From assembly GCA_010909165.1 (NCBI GenBank), contig VJWM01000296.1, positions 52,379 through 116,378 on the forward strand: DNA of 64,000 nt. Direction: 5' to 3'. The DNA is from Anthoceros angustus. Lineage: Eukaryota; Plantae; Anthocerotophyta. Positions 1 through 10,780 of the stretch are shown in pieces. The notes under the pieces were generated by a model. The model did not search any database and was not told the origin of the DNA. It saw nothing but the letters and a program-made list of their open reading frames with translations. Position numbers and translations under genes: made by a program. Every line of letters begins with the position of its first letter. The stretch's first letter is position 1.

Positions 1-34
1 AACAGAAGGAGTAACATGGGCACCTCGGTCTTAC

Positions 35-1849
35 CTGGATAGCTAGTTCTCAAAAGATGTTTAATAAACGTGGTCTTCCCAGTGGAATATTGCCCAAGCA
101 ACATAACCATGGGTTTTGCATCAAAATCACTCTCCGTCTGCAGAGACCGATGAAGATCAGTGATTTAAACAAGTGTGACGAGCAAACAAAGATCAAACAC
201 ACCCTGTGCATCATGGATTTGCAATGGCAAAACAATAGCTGAGAAAGCTTACCAATATAGGGGACACAAAGTCATTGAATCTGTAGGTCACCTCCAAAGG
301 CTTAAGTTTCTCTAGATACAACTTCTTCAGCCCATCAATCACCGAGGTTACTGATGCTTTGGACAACTCCTGCAACTTGCCCTCATCAGACATAAAAGGA
401 GTCCACCACAGAAAAAATTTGATATGTGCAGCTTTGGACCTCTGCGGAAAAGACTAGGAATTGAGTTGCAGCAGTTCGTAACAGCATACCTTCCGTGGGG
501 TTTTTTGTGAAAACCATTGCGCAGTCTGTGATTGCTGCGGAGGACTGCCTGCCATCAAATTCCCCTCACTACCTTAACAACTGCAACATCGAAACAAAAG
601 TCCTTCCCTGTTTGCAAAACAAGCCCAATGCTCTTTGAGCAAGGCGGGATAGGCAAAACAGACTAACCATTGGCATACCCTGCTTCCACTGGTGGGGACT
701 GAAAATGGCCAAAGAAGGAATCAGGTAACACACTACAGCAATCTCAGTGAAGACCTTGACCAAATCATAGAAAACACCCCTGGCTCTGCATCTGTGCTCT
801 CGCTTGAGGCATACTCACATTCAGCAACTCGTCGAGTCCATTAAAAACTGGGGGGCTTATCTCTGACAGATCTGATACAGACAATACAAGGTCAGAAAAA
901 GGAGTCCCACTTTCGTTAAATTTAAGAGGTAGTCCATCTTCCAGAGATTGTGAGCTGAGATTTACCACGCCTCTTGAGGATATCAGCACTGATCTCGTTA
1001 CCTGTTTGTGCAAGAGAAATAATCTGCACGGCCATTTGGTGTCAGGCCTAGGCCATGGATATTAGAGGCACGCTTTACCATAAAATGGCTTCGAGCTTCA
1101 ACACACACAATGCAGAAAAGTTTCTTGCATTTCACTGCCAGCTTAGTCTGTGGAGACAGATCCAAGGACAAACCTGCATTGCAGTGACAAACTCTTTGAA
1201 GCCCAAGAATCCCTGCCGCTTTGAGTCTGCAACTGCCCACACCTAGAAGCACAGGGATTAGCACCACTTGTCACCACTACCACTAAAAGACCCACAGCTC
1301 CAGAGACTGCCAGCGATCAAAAGCTGTGCAGGCACTAAAACACTGACCAGTAGGCCTTGTCGAGAAGAGTACCTGCTTGAGGTCGTTCCTCGAAAGCTCG
1401 GATAGAGAAAAAAATTTGACAGCATCTTGACCTGTGATCCGCCCATCGCCGTCTGCTCGCAAGAAAAAAGCAGTTCAATCAGTGCCCGGGCACGAATACA
1501 CTCGCGATCCAACACCCAACGGCGAGTCTTATTTGGTCCAGATCGAGCAGTGGCAGCAGTGAATGGTTCATAGCACAATCAACAGAGCGGCTACAAATTA
1601 CGACTGGGATCGCCTCCATCATCAGCCAGCTCCAGTAAGCTGAGCGCGGCTGGTTGCTGCAGGGAGCGATGAGAACGCAAGAAGCTGGTATCACGCTGAG
1701 GTTAAAGAACGCTCATGCCATTTGAGCCAAGATTGGTGAATTCCGAACACGACAGACAGCGCACCTGCGTCCGCGTAGTCGAACCAACGCCTGTAGAGCT
1801 GCTCATCCTGCTTGGCGTAATTGCCGGACTTGAACTCGAGGATGTCCAT
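35..1849 (-). CDS. EHD1: EH-domain-containing protein (EHD1/RME-1-like dynamin-related ATPase), 5' part; multi-exon, continues beyond the window start
   Basis: GT-AG exons splice to MDILEFKSGNYAKQDEQLYRRWFDYADA|DGDGRITGQDAVKFFSLSELSRNDLKQ|VWAVADSKRQGFLGFKEFVTAMQ|IISLAQTGNEISADILKRR...|SVTSVIDGLKKLYLEKLKPLEVTYRFNDFVSPIL|TESDFDAKPMVMLLGQYSTGKTTFIKHLL. This is an N-terminal EH domain plus the P-loop GQYSTGKT, as in plant EHD1/2. Confidence 0.93.
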
Positions 1850-2459
1850 GTCGAGGCAGCTGGGAAGGCAATCCGGAAGCAGAGGATCACAGTGAAAAGT
1901 AACAACCGGAGAGCGTGCGCGACGCAGCTCTGATTCGAGTGCGAACCGGTGCTTCTGCCTCCATCCAGAAGACTCAAATGTTCGGCGGGTTCGGCGGGAA
2001 AGACGAGCTGGGCAGGAGGGGGAGAGTAGGAACCGCGGAGATACTGTACAGGAAGGGAAGAAATGCAGACCGATGTTAACCGCGTCCGCGTTCGAACCAC
2101 AGGCTGCAGCGAATCAGATGGCGCCACCCCGAGATCAATACGTACCGACTGCGCACTGATGATGGGGACGGGCCTGCTGGCCTCACAGGAAATTGAAAGA
2201 CAAAAAGGAGAAGGGGGTGAGTTTCCCTTTGAATCGCACGACGGCATGCAAGCATGCGTCACATGTGCACAGAGAATAAAGTTCGTGAATATACAAATCA
2301 AGTCTCTTTCCCAAGAAGCTAAAGGAATGATAACGAAGGGATGGTTGCTGTCCACCTTACAGGAAAACAACCATCCCTTACTACACCGTGTTCTAACAAC
2401 CAGCCAAGACGAGACAGACAGACCGACGGCTGTTTCCATCGTCCGCCGCCCAAAGGGCC

Positions 2460-5400
2460 CTAGATAACCGTCCCGTCCTTGATGATGGAGTTCTTCAGGA
2501 TCACCGCGATGCCTGAGCGGATGTAGAAACCCTCCGATGGCCTTTCGGCTTCCAATACATTCTGGACGACAAGCGACCAACAAGGGGTCACTCATAACTC
2601 AGTGTACTACCAGCTACATTCCAGGATTGTGGGGCACTAGGCACTTACATCCGTGTTGGCGATCACCACGTCTCTGCCGATTCTTGCGTTCTTGTCGATT
2701 ATAGCATTGCTGCACGAAATTCACAACGGCAGGCTCACACACACTGGCCATCCGAAATACAAATGCAACCATGCACTGTTGGGCCAGTACAACACCTGAT
2801 TTTGCTGTTCTCGCCGATCCCTATTGGCACTTTGCCTTCAGCAATAAGGGCAGCCCTCTCTACGTCCGTTTCGTAGAAGTCTGCTCCCAGCATCAGAGTG
2901 TCCTGGACAAGCCCCAAACGACAGCTGAATGAAACCATCGAGTAGATCGAGTATCATGCCCCGAAGCTAAGTGCAGAACACACCTTCAATTCAACACCGT
3001 TTTCCAATCGGGATCGGACCCCTACGATGGAGTGAACAACGCTACACTCCCGCAAAAAGCACCCATGTGACACGATGGAGTCCTGGATCTGAGATGAGCA
3101 ACCAATGACTATTAGCATTTTGTCACGATCCACATACTTCTCCCTCTCGCTGCAGGCCATCAAACTTACCCTGCACCTCTCAACCTTTGTTGGTGGGAGA
3201 TACCGGGGTGATGTGAAGATGGGCTTGTTTGCGTCATAGAAGCTGAACTTCGGGGGCTGTAGTAACAGGTATACCATGAGGGACAGATTAACCAAACTAA
3301 GTCATGGACCCAGCCAGCATTGTGGACAATTAGCAAATAGCCAGTATCTTAACGTACCTGCGCAGTCAAAGCTAGATTGGCATCGTAGAAAGACCTAATT
3401 GTCCCAATGTCTTCCCAATAGTCATCAAATAAATACGCCTGCAGAAGGCCAGTCATGCTTTCACTAAACGGTCCAACCGTATGCAGATAATTGGGTACTT
3501 CAAATCAACTTTCACTTACCTGTACATTGAACTCCTTCGCAGATGCAGGGATAATCTCAGAACCAAAATCATTCGCTAAGGGATATCGCCATCTGCAAAT
3601 TCCATGGCACAGAAGTTTTACAGAGGGTGTACAAACGACACATACCTTACGCTCGGCCAAGAGTAGGAATCCCAAGACACTTTCGAGCAGTAAGGACTTC
3701 CTTCTAATCCAAGTTCATACGGTACCTCAACAGCTTGAGAAGGATGTCCTTCTTGAAGACATAAATACCCATAGAAGCAATGTAAGGCTTTTTCTTGGCA
3801 TCTTCTGCAGATAGACCTAGGACGGTCGTGTCGACTTGCTGGTGGGGTACACCAATACACCCCATCAGTGCCTGAACGTGACAGCACATGGCCACAAGCA
3901 TAGAGTATACGATAATCAGTCCGTACCATAGCTCTTAGATCAGCTCCCTTCGGTTTCTCACTGAAGGACAATATTTGCCCCTTGTCGTCAATCTTCATCA
4001 GGCCAAAGTCGGAGGCCCGACTGCCAAAACAACATGACCACAAAATGTCCCGTTACTAGAATGTACAAGGTAATTCACATAGCAGTACCAACCATCCACA
4101 GCGAGGAACTCCATGCTTCTCCTCGCTGCATACCTGTCATCCATGGGGACACACGAGATGGTGATATCTGCACCACTGTCTTTATGTTTCTGCACATTCA
4201 TTTGCATATTGCACTATGAGTGTCGTCATTTGGAGTACCAAACCATATCCACTGACCCATAAAAAAAAAGAACTATAACAACAATCACAGGGAAAAGGTC
4301 TATAAGGGACCTGCACAAAATCCATGTAGTCCATGCGGTACAGATGATCTCCAGAGAGAATCAACACATTTTCAATCTGCTTGTTCTTTGCATCCTGAGA
4401 AACAAAAGTTCAACCTCAATGCTCGGAAAAGTGATGTATACAGTTACGGTCTGGAGTGTCCCAGCGTTAGCCCTATATCGGAGTCAAATCCCACCATCCC
4501 AGTCAGTGCCCACATGTCTGCCCGCCGACCCACCCACCTATTCCTGACACACTCCCAAACGCACCTCAAACAACCACAAGTACTGCCGCACAGCATCAGC
4601 AGTCCCCTGAAACCATTCCATGCCACCTTCCCCAGGTGTCTGGGTGGCCGCCAAAACCTGCTCGAGGCAAGAACAGACACATGACAAAACTGAATTCAGT
4701 CAAATTCTTACGATTAACACACCTCAAATACCCACAGAAATTGCCGCACAGCATCAGCTGTCCCCAGAAACCAATTCATCCCTGTTTCACCTGTTGTTTG
4801 GGTGGCTGCCAAGACCTGCTAAACGACAAGCTTGTTATTTACACATAATCACAATAGTGGTGTTGGAGGGGCAGGGGCAAAACACTACTAGAGTGTTGCA
4901 AGCTAAAGGGAGACTGTGTGGGATATCCAAGGCCCACTGTTACCTATCTACGCCAAACATGAAATGGGTAAAGAGTGCCAGTAACAGCTCACCTCCACAA
5001 ACCCGTCCCCGAAGTTTACACCGTTACCAAAGTTGTAGGTGCGAGCAAGGTGCCGATTAAGCGAGGCTGAGTTAAACTGTGTCAGAATGAACACTTTGTT
5101 GATCCCACTGTTGATACAATTGCTCATGGGGACATCAATGAGCCTGTAATTGCCACCAATTGGTACCTGCAGCACACATTGGTATCAGCATGAGCTCACT
5201 GTCTACTGTAAAAGGCAATACCCTCCTCCATGCTGCATTCAAGCTAAAGTCTTGAGGCTGCACTATCTGGCTTCGCACTTTAATAAGGCAGCCGCAGACC
5301 TAGTATCCAGTTGCCAGACAAAAATCCATTTGAAGATATCAGACGAAGATGGTGCAGCAGGCATAGAGCTTCTAGAAAAACGGGGCTTACAGCAGGTTTT

Positions 5401-6802
5401 GCTCGCCTCTTTGTAAGCGGGAAAAGTCTGGTTCCCGCTCCACCTCCCAAAATGACAGACACTACTGTCCTGGGGTCCACTCGGGACTGATCAACAGAAG
5501 TGGCCTGAGGAGGGCACCACAAATTCTTGTCAGTAAACAGCATTGTAAAACAGGTGATGGAACCAACAACTGCAAACAGCTGGAGGGATCTGAAAGAGAC
5601 GAGCTGAGGTCATCACGTATCATCCCTTTGTCTAGACAGGCAACGGTAGACAGATGAAGCAAAAAGCAAACCCAGTGAGCGGAAGAGACATGCTGCCATC
5701 CAACAATGCCGTGTGGCAAGAACACGAAAACATGGGCATAGAAAATAGGTACGCCAGCTACACTAAAAAGACCTAACTGATCATCAATCCGTGGTGAAAG
5801 CAGGTCTGAGCAGAAGTAAACAAAGTATGAACACACTTTCATATCACGGAGCTCTAAGGAAATGGTCGTTCTATCAACATAGTCCCATGAAAGCAAACAG
5901 AAGCAGGGTCCAGGTTAGTGCAGAACTCAAGAAAGCAGCTTGACACCTAGTCCCATGGGTCTACTATGTGCATGATATGAGTTTGCACCTGCAATGCAGA
6001 CACAGATTACAGGTCACACAAGGCTTCGAGCCATATTGCTCACGGACTCAAAACTTCAGGCTCCAATTGTCTGTCAACACACACTATTATCACACATAGC
6101 GTAACATGACGCGGTAAGATTGAATTTCATTCAACATTTCATGTTACTTGGAAACATTAAGCTGACAGCCAGTCAAGTCCCTGCAACACGGCCATACCTT
6201 TCTATATAACACTTCAAGCATTGGGTAGAAACAGGCAGCGGCAACCGCAAGCATTGATGGAATTACCCACCAGAATCCATACTGCCAGCAAGAAACCATT
6301 GCACTAGTTTGCGCATATTCTGAGTCACCACTACAATCCCTCATCACTCGTAACTACCTGGTCGTTGTTGACATTCACTTCTTCCACACGACCAGTCAAA
6401 CGACTGACGCGATTGGCCTCGTTCAGACAGACAGACAGGAACAAAAATCTTAGACAAGCAAAGCGGAATGAGGCATGTCAGCTGCGGGCTTACCACGGTC
6501 TCCTTGGCCACCAAATCCGCCAACACGGCAGTGGCTCTGACAGCCTTGGAAGCCCTCTCCGCTCTCCTGGGCTGACCGGAGACGGCACACAGCCGGGAGC
6601 CCCCCAAAGCAGCGCTGAAAAAACCGCCGGACACGGGGGTGCCGAAGAAGGCGGCCCGCCCCAGTCTGGTGGCAGGCAGGGAGGAGTAGGAGGTGGAGGA
6701 GGAGGGCGAGGAGGCGGAGGAGGCAGAGCCGGAGGGCGAGCAGCAGGCTGCAGGCGCGGTGGATGACATGGTAGCCAGGCCACCTGCTGCAGCGGCTGCC
6801 AT
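2460..6802 (-). CDS. APL: ADP-glucose pyrophosphorylase large subunit, plastid-targeted; 15 coding exon positions, exon 4 present in two copies
   Basis: Exon 1 (6802-6494) encodes a Ser/Ala-rich transit peptide. Motifs: [22 protein letters not shown]|[21 protein letters not shown], VLAATQTxGE..[11 protein letters not shown], [46 protein letters not shown] and C-terminal [23 protein letters not shown]. All introns are GT-AG. Confidence 0.97.
4565..4657 (-). other. AGPase exon 4B (93 nt, [31 protein letters not shown]), candidate mutually exclusive exon
   Basis: Flanked by cgagcag| and |gtgcgt; phase 0/0; open frame; closest to the family consensus. Confidence 0.9.
4723..4815 (-). other. AGPase exon 4A (93 nt, [31 protein letters not shown]), candidate mutually exclusive exon
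   Basis: Flanked by tttagcag| and |gtgtgt; phase 0/0; open frame; homologous to exon 4B. Confidence 0.85.
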
Positions 6803-7198
6803 GGCGATCTACAATGTGCGCACAGCCGCCAGAGCTAGCACTGCGCCGGGCAGCTTCTCTGCTGCCTGCCTAACCCTGAGCCTGAAGCACAACCGCCTCG
6901 CCAGAGATTGGCGCAATCCGAGTCTCAGCCAGAGATTGGCGCGCGCGCTCTAGAGCATGCCTGCCGCAGACCCGATTCCCGGCCTGGGCGCAAGAGACCA
7001 ATGCCTGATCCCGAACTGGAATGGAGAAAATCTAGTTGCGCTTTTCGTCCCCCGCTCGGCTGCTCTCCTGCAGACAAAATGACAAGAATCCCGTGCCAGC
7101 ACCCGCACAGCTTGCACGTCAATCTCCGAATGCCAGCAGCCCTGCGCTACGTCGCTCCGACTCGGTCCGTCCCACAAAAAAGCTTGCTCCGGCCGGGT

Positions 7199-7275
7199 GT
7201 GCTGTGCTGTGCTGTGTTGTGCTGTGCTGTGCTGTGCTGTGCTTCTGTGCTCTGCTCTGCTCTGCTCTGCTCTGC
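7199..7275. repeat. Compound pentanucleotide microsatellite (GCTGT)n(GCTCT)n upstream of the AGPase start
   Basis: gtgctgtgctgtgctgtgttgtgctgt...gctctgctctgctctgctctgc read directly. Confidence 0.9.
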
Positions 7276-8491
7276 TTGCGCTGTGCGTTCCAGATGCGAT
7301 GGCAGCCTGCCACAGGCTCCTAGGAGAAAGGAGGCCTAGACAGTGAGAACGAAACAGTAACGCCTTCTCTCTCCGCAATCGCCAATCGCGCGTGTCCGGT
7401 GAAAGTTTGTCAAGACGCCAGCACCAGGATGGTATGCAGGTACGTATGGACGTCTGCGCATCATCGTCCTTTATATATTACACAAACCACACACCTCACC
7501 CAGGAACATACCATCCATGCTTGCCGGATATGTTCTGAGGGCCTGATTTCGCAATAACCTGCTGACTAGATACATACCATCCGTACTTCGATGCTGCTAA
7601 TATTTACACTACCAAAAAAGCGCACATTCCCAATTAGGATCTCTACCCAAAACACTCGACTCGAGTTCTGGATTCCCAGTTGTGGCTCTTGCGTAATACG
7701 GATGGGGATGGGAGAGCTTCATGATCTCTTTGATTTACCGGACACGCGCAACGAAATCTCGAAAATGGCATATTCTCATGGGTGTATCATAGGAAAGCGA
7801 GGGCATGGGCCGCATGGCTGTGGGGCGGACACTGAATTGGGGCCCACTTTAGTAAGGCCCAGACAGTTATCCGCCACGCGGCACATATCCACGTGGCAAG
7901 GCTGCGCAGCCCACCCCTGATTCCTGCGTGTGCCCGTGCCACAAGTGTTCATTCGCTTCATTCCTGGTCTTCGTAATCGGATCATGCCTCGGACATGGAG
8001 CCCGCCGTCGATGGTCGCAGCCCGTGCCACCACACAGCGTCCCGGACAAGTTCGCGTCTCCCGTTCGGTAGTCGCGACCTTGTCGAATTCCCATGTCTCA
8101 CACAAAATTTCATCGGTTGTTTTCCATCGGTATATAGGTCCAAGCAAGCGCGAAGAACGCGTGCCTTTCCGCCTAGGATTGTTTATGACCTTGCACAACA
8201 AGACACAACAGGGAGTACAAGACACAACAGGGAGTACAACACTCCCAACAAGCTTGACCTGCCTACCAACCCGCTGTGGACAGTTTCATAGTAACTGGAG
8301 TTCTACACAGGAGCAAGCTTCAAGAGTGGAAGAAGATGCAATGCAGCACTAGGGCCCTTCCTCCGCTGCCCTAATTTTGTCGAGTCAACAGTAAAATAAA
8401 ATGAGCTCCAGAGGAAAAGCCCTTTTAAATGGACTGCATGCGGCAGATGCAGACGATGTTTGGGCTAGCCCTGGGAGCTGCGGAGAAAACC

Positions 8492-9295
8492 TCACGTCTT
8501 CTTCTTGATGATCCGGTCTTCAGGTATCTCCTGAGGCACAGGGCCGAACCTGGCAGGGGGCCAGATCACATGGGTCACTCTCCCATGCATCAAGGCGAGC
8601 GGGATCTGCAGAGGCACGTGCTCTGTGTGAGTACGTAGCCGACGGGTGCTCTGGGCACACAGCCTTGGAGGGACAGACGGGGTGGTTGGAGGGACTCACA
8701 GGACCGAAGGCTCTCGAGTCAAAGCTCACTTCGGCGTTGTCACCCTCCACCCAGCAGTGGCCCTTGGGGACCTGGAGGATATCGTAGGAGCCGGGCACGG
8801 TGACCCAGTCGCCCTGCAAGGCAATCAGCCTCTTCACCATGAGAATGCTAGGTTCGCCCGGGGACCTGCCATTTGAACGCCACCACCAGGTTCCCGCTCA
8901 GAACGAGCTGTAGCAGGCAGGGATCACAGGCGACAACATCAGAACGAGCCCTAATTCCGCGTCAACGGCAGCAGTCAGGGCTTGCTTCCTCGCAAGCACT
9001 GCACACGAAAGCAAAGCAAAGCCAAGCCAAGCCAATCACGGCACACATCCGGATACCTGAAGGCAACCACGTCTCCCCGCGAGAAGCTGTACCCCCGCAA
9101 GCACAGCCTCTCCAGCAGCACAACGTCGGACTCGAACCTCCCGAACGGGCCGTGGCTCCCGGGATGCAGCGTCGGCTCCATGGACCGCCCGCTCATGGTG
9201 GCCACAGTCCCGAACCTGTCGGAGATGGTGAGCCCGATCACCACGCCCCCCATCACCCGCTTCATCGTGAGCCACAGCAGCTGCCCGACTCCCAT
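8492..9295 (-). CDS. IMP2: Mitochondrial inner membrane peptidase subunit 2 (peptidase S26); 3 exons (9295-9057, 8865-8700, 8605-8492)
   Basis: GRSMEPTL (catalytic Ser), RGDVVAFR|SP, MVKRLIALQGD (catalytic Lys), VPKGHCWVEGDN..SFDSRAFGP|IPLALMHGRVTHVIWPPAR. Confidence 0.93.
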
Positions 9296-9567
9296 CCCGC
9301 CGGCGCGCCAGCGGCAACAACCTTTCCAGATCTGAACTTGCGCTATAACCCGCTCCTCCCGGAGAGCATTAGGGCGCCTTGCGCGTGTGAATTAGGGCAA
9401 ACAACCTTGAGGATAATGCGCCGGAGTTAGGTGAACCAATAGAGTCGCTCGCTGGCGCCTTCCCAGGGCCTCCCACAAGGAAATGATTCTTCGCCGAGGA
9501 CCAGCACGGGGAGAAGGAGCTACGGACAAGCGGCAGCCATGGCCGCTCCCGAGGGCATTCTCGCATC

Positions 9568-10572
9568 ATGGCGCTCTCCAGGCTCCTCGCACCTCCGCTC
9601 GACGGCGCCTGGATCGGCTGTGCATCCGCCGCTTCCTCCATCTCCTTCCTGTCCCCGGCTGCTACCAGATCCCGCTCCTGGCGATGGAGGCGGGATTTCG
9701 CGGCCGAGCGAGAGAATGTGCGCCGTCTTTTGACGTGTCCGTCGTCACTGTGGGGGGAGCCGGTGTGTAATAAGCAGGGGAAGCGGGTAGCCATGTCCGT
9801 TTCATCGGCAGCGGTGGTGGCACCGGCTGTGGCGGCTGTGAGCATGCAGTCGGCGCTGATGAACGATCTGCTGGCGTGCGCGGCCACTACAGCCGGGGCG
9901 CTGGCGCTGCTCAAGCTCTTCGACGAGCTGGCGCAGAGGAATGCGCTGGAGAAGAAGCTGAGCCGGAAGCTGGTGCACGTCACCATCGGCCTCACTTTCA
10001 TGCTCTTCTGGCCGCTCTTCAGCAGCAGCGCGCTGTGCCCGGTGCTGGCGGCGTTGGCGCCGGCGGGGAACGCCGTGCGGATGCTGCTGCTGGGTCACGG
10101 GATCTGGAAGGACGAGGCCCTGGTGAAGGCGATGAGCAGGGAGGGGGACCACAGGGAGCTGCTCAGAGGGCCTCTGTATTACGCCATCACCATAAGCATG
10201 GTCACTATACTCTTCTGGCGGACCTCGCCTGTGGGGATCGTGGCTGTGGTGAATTTGTGCGCAGGAGACGGATTCGCTGACATAGTCGGCAGGCGGTTGG
10301 GATCCGGTGCCAGGTTGCCCTACAACGCTAGTAAGTCGTACGCCGGTTCCGTAGCTATGTTCACCATGTCTAGTTTGGTGTCACTGCTCTACCTCTGGCT
10401 CTTTTCTTCCTTGGGCTACTTTCCGTTCACCCTGCAGCTGGGTTTGGGAGCTGTCGTGGTTGCACTCGCTGCGGCTCTGGTGGAATCGCTGCCTATCAGC
10501 ACAACTTTGGACGACAATTTCACGGTCCCTTTCTCCTCTATCTTGGCTGGCCTAGTGGTGTTCAACTTTTGA
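9568..10572 (+). CDS. FOLK: Farnesol/phytol kinase (CTP-dependent polyprenol kinase, FOLK/VTE5 family), intronless, with transit-peptide-like N-terminus
   Basis: Single 334-aa ORF with SRKLVHVTIGLTFMLFWPLFS, ELLRGPLYY, NLCAGDGFADIVGRRLG, LPYN.SKSYAGS and LVESLPISTTLDDNFTVP. NLCAGDG and ESLPIST are closer to FOLK than to VTE5. Confidence 0.92.
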   Translation: MALSRLLAPPLDGAWIGCASAASSISFLSPAATRSRSWRWRRDFAAERENVRRLLTCPSSLWGEPVCNKQGKRVAMSVSSAAVVAPAVAAVSMQSALMNDLLACAATTAGALALLKLFDELAQRNALEKKLSRKLVHVTIGLTFMLFWPLFSSSALCPVLAALAPAGNAVRMLLLGHGIWKDEALVKAMSREGDHRELLRGPLYYAITISMVTILFWRTSPVGIVAVVNLCAGDGFADIVGRRLGSGARLPYNASKSYAGSVAMFTMSSLVSLLYLWLFSSLGYFPFTLQLGLGAVVVALAAALVESLPISTTLDDNFTVPFSSILAGLVVFNF

Positions 10573-10780
10573 TCCCGGAAGCCCAGTTTCCAAGACATTT
10601 TTGTCCAGACTCTGGACCTTGCTTGTACCTAAACATCACAGCCGCTCAAGCGGCCAGCAGATTCCACATACAGACTTGCCTTTAAGGGGTCCCTCCTTAT
10701 TCGAGGGACACATTCCTATGCTCCACAAGTCATACCATGGAAGTTGAACCGCCCGGTGTTGCAGAGGGTGAGGCCTCGAC

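Noticed and set aside
1702-2595. 297-aa minus-strand ORF and overlapping + ORFs
   Set aside because: It spans the AGPase last exon in another frame, the intergenic region and the EHD first exon out of frame; there is no recognisable protein.
4565-4815. Duplicated AGPase exon as an assembly artefact like the other tandem duplications
   Set aside because: The copies differ by many synonymous substitutions with no indels, homology stops at the exon edges, and the region is otherwise error-free.
6908-8352. ORFs between AGPase and IMP2, including the LCCAV-repeat frames
   Set aside because: They derive from the microsatellite and GC-rich intergenic DNA, with no splice structure or homology evident.
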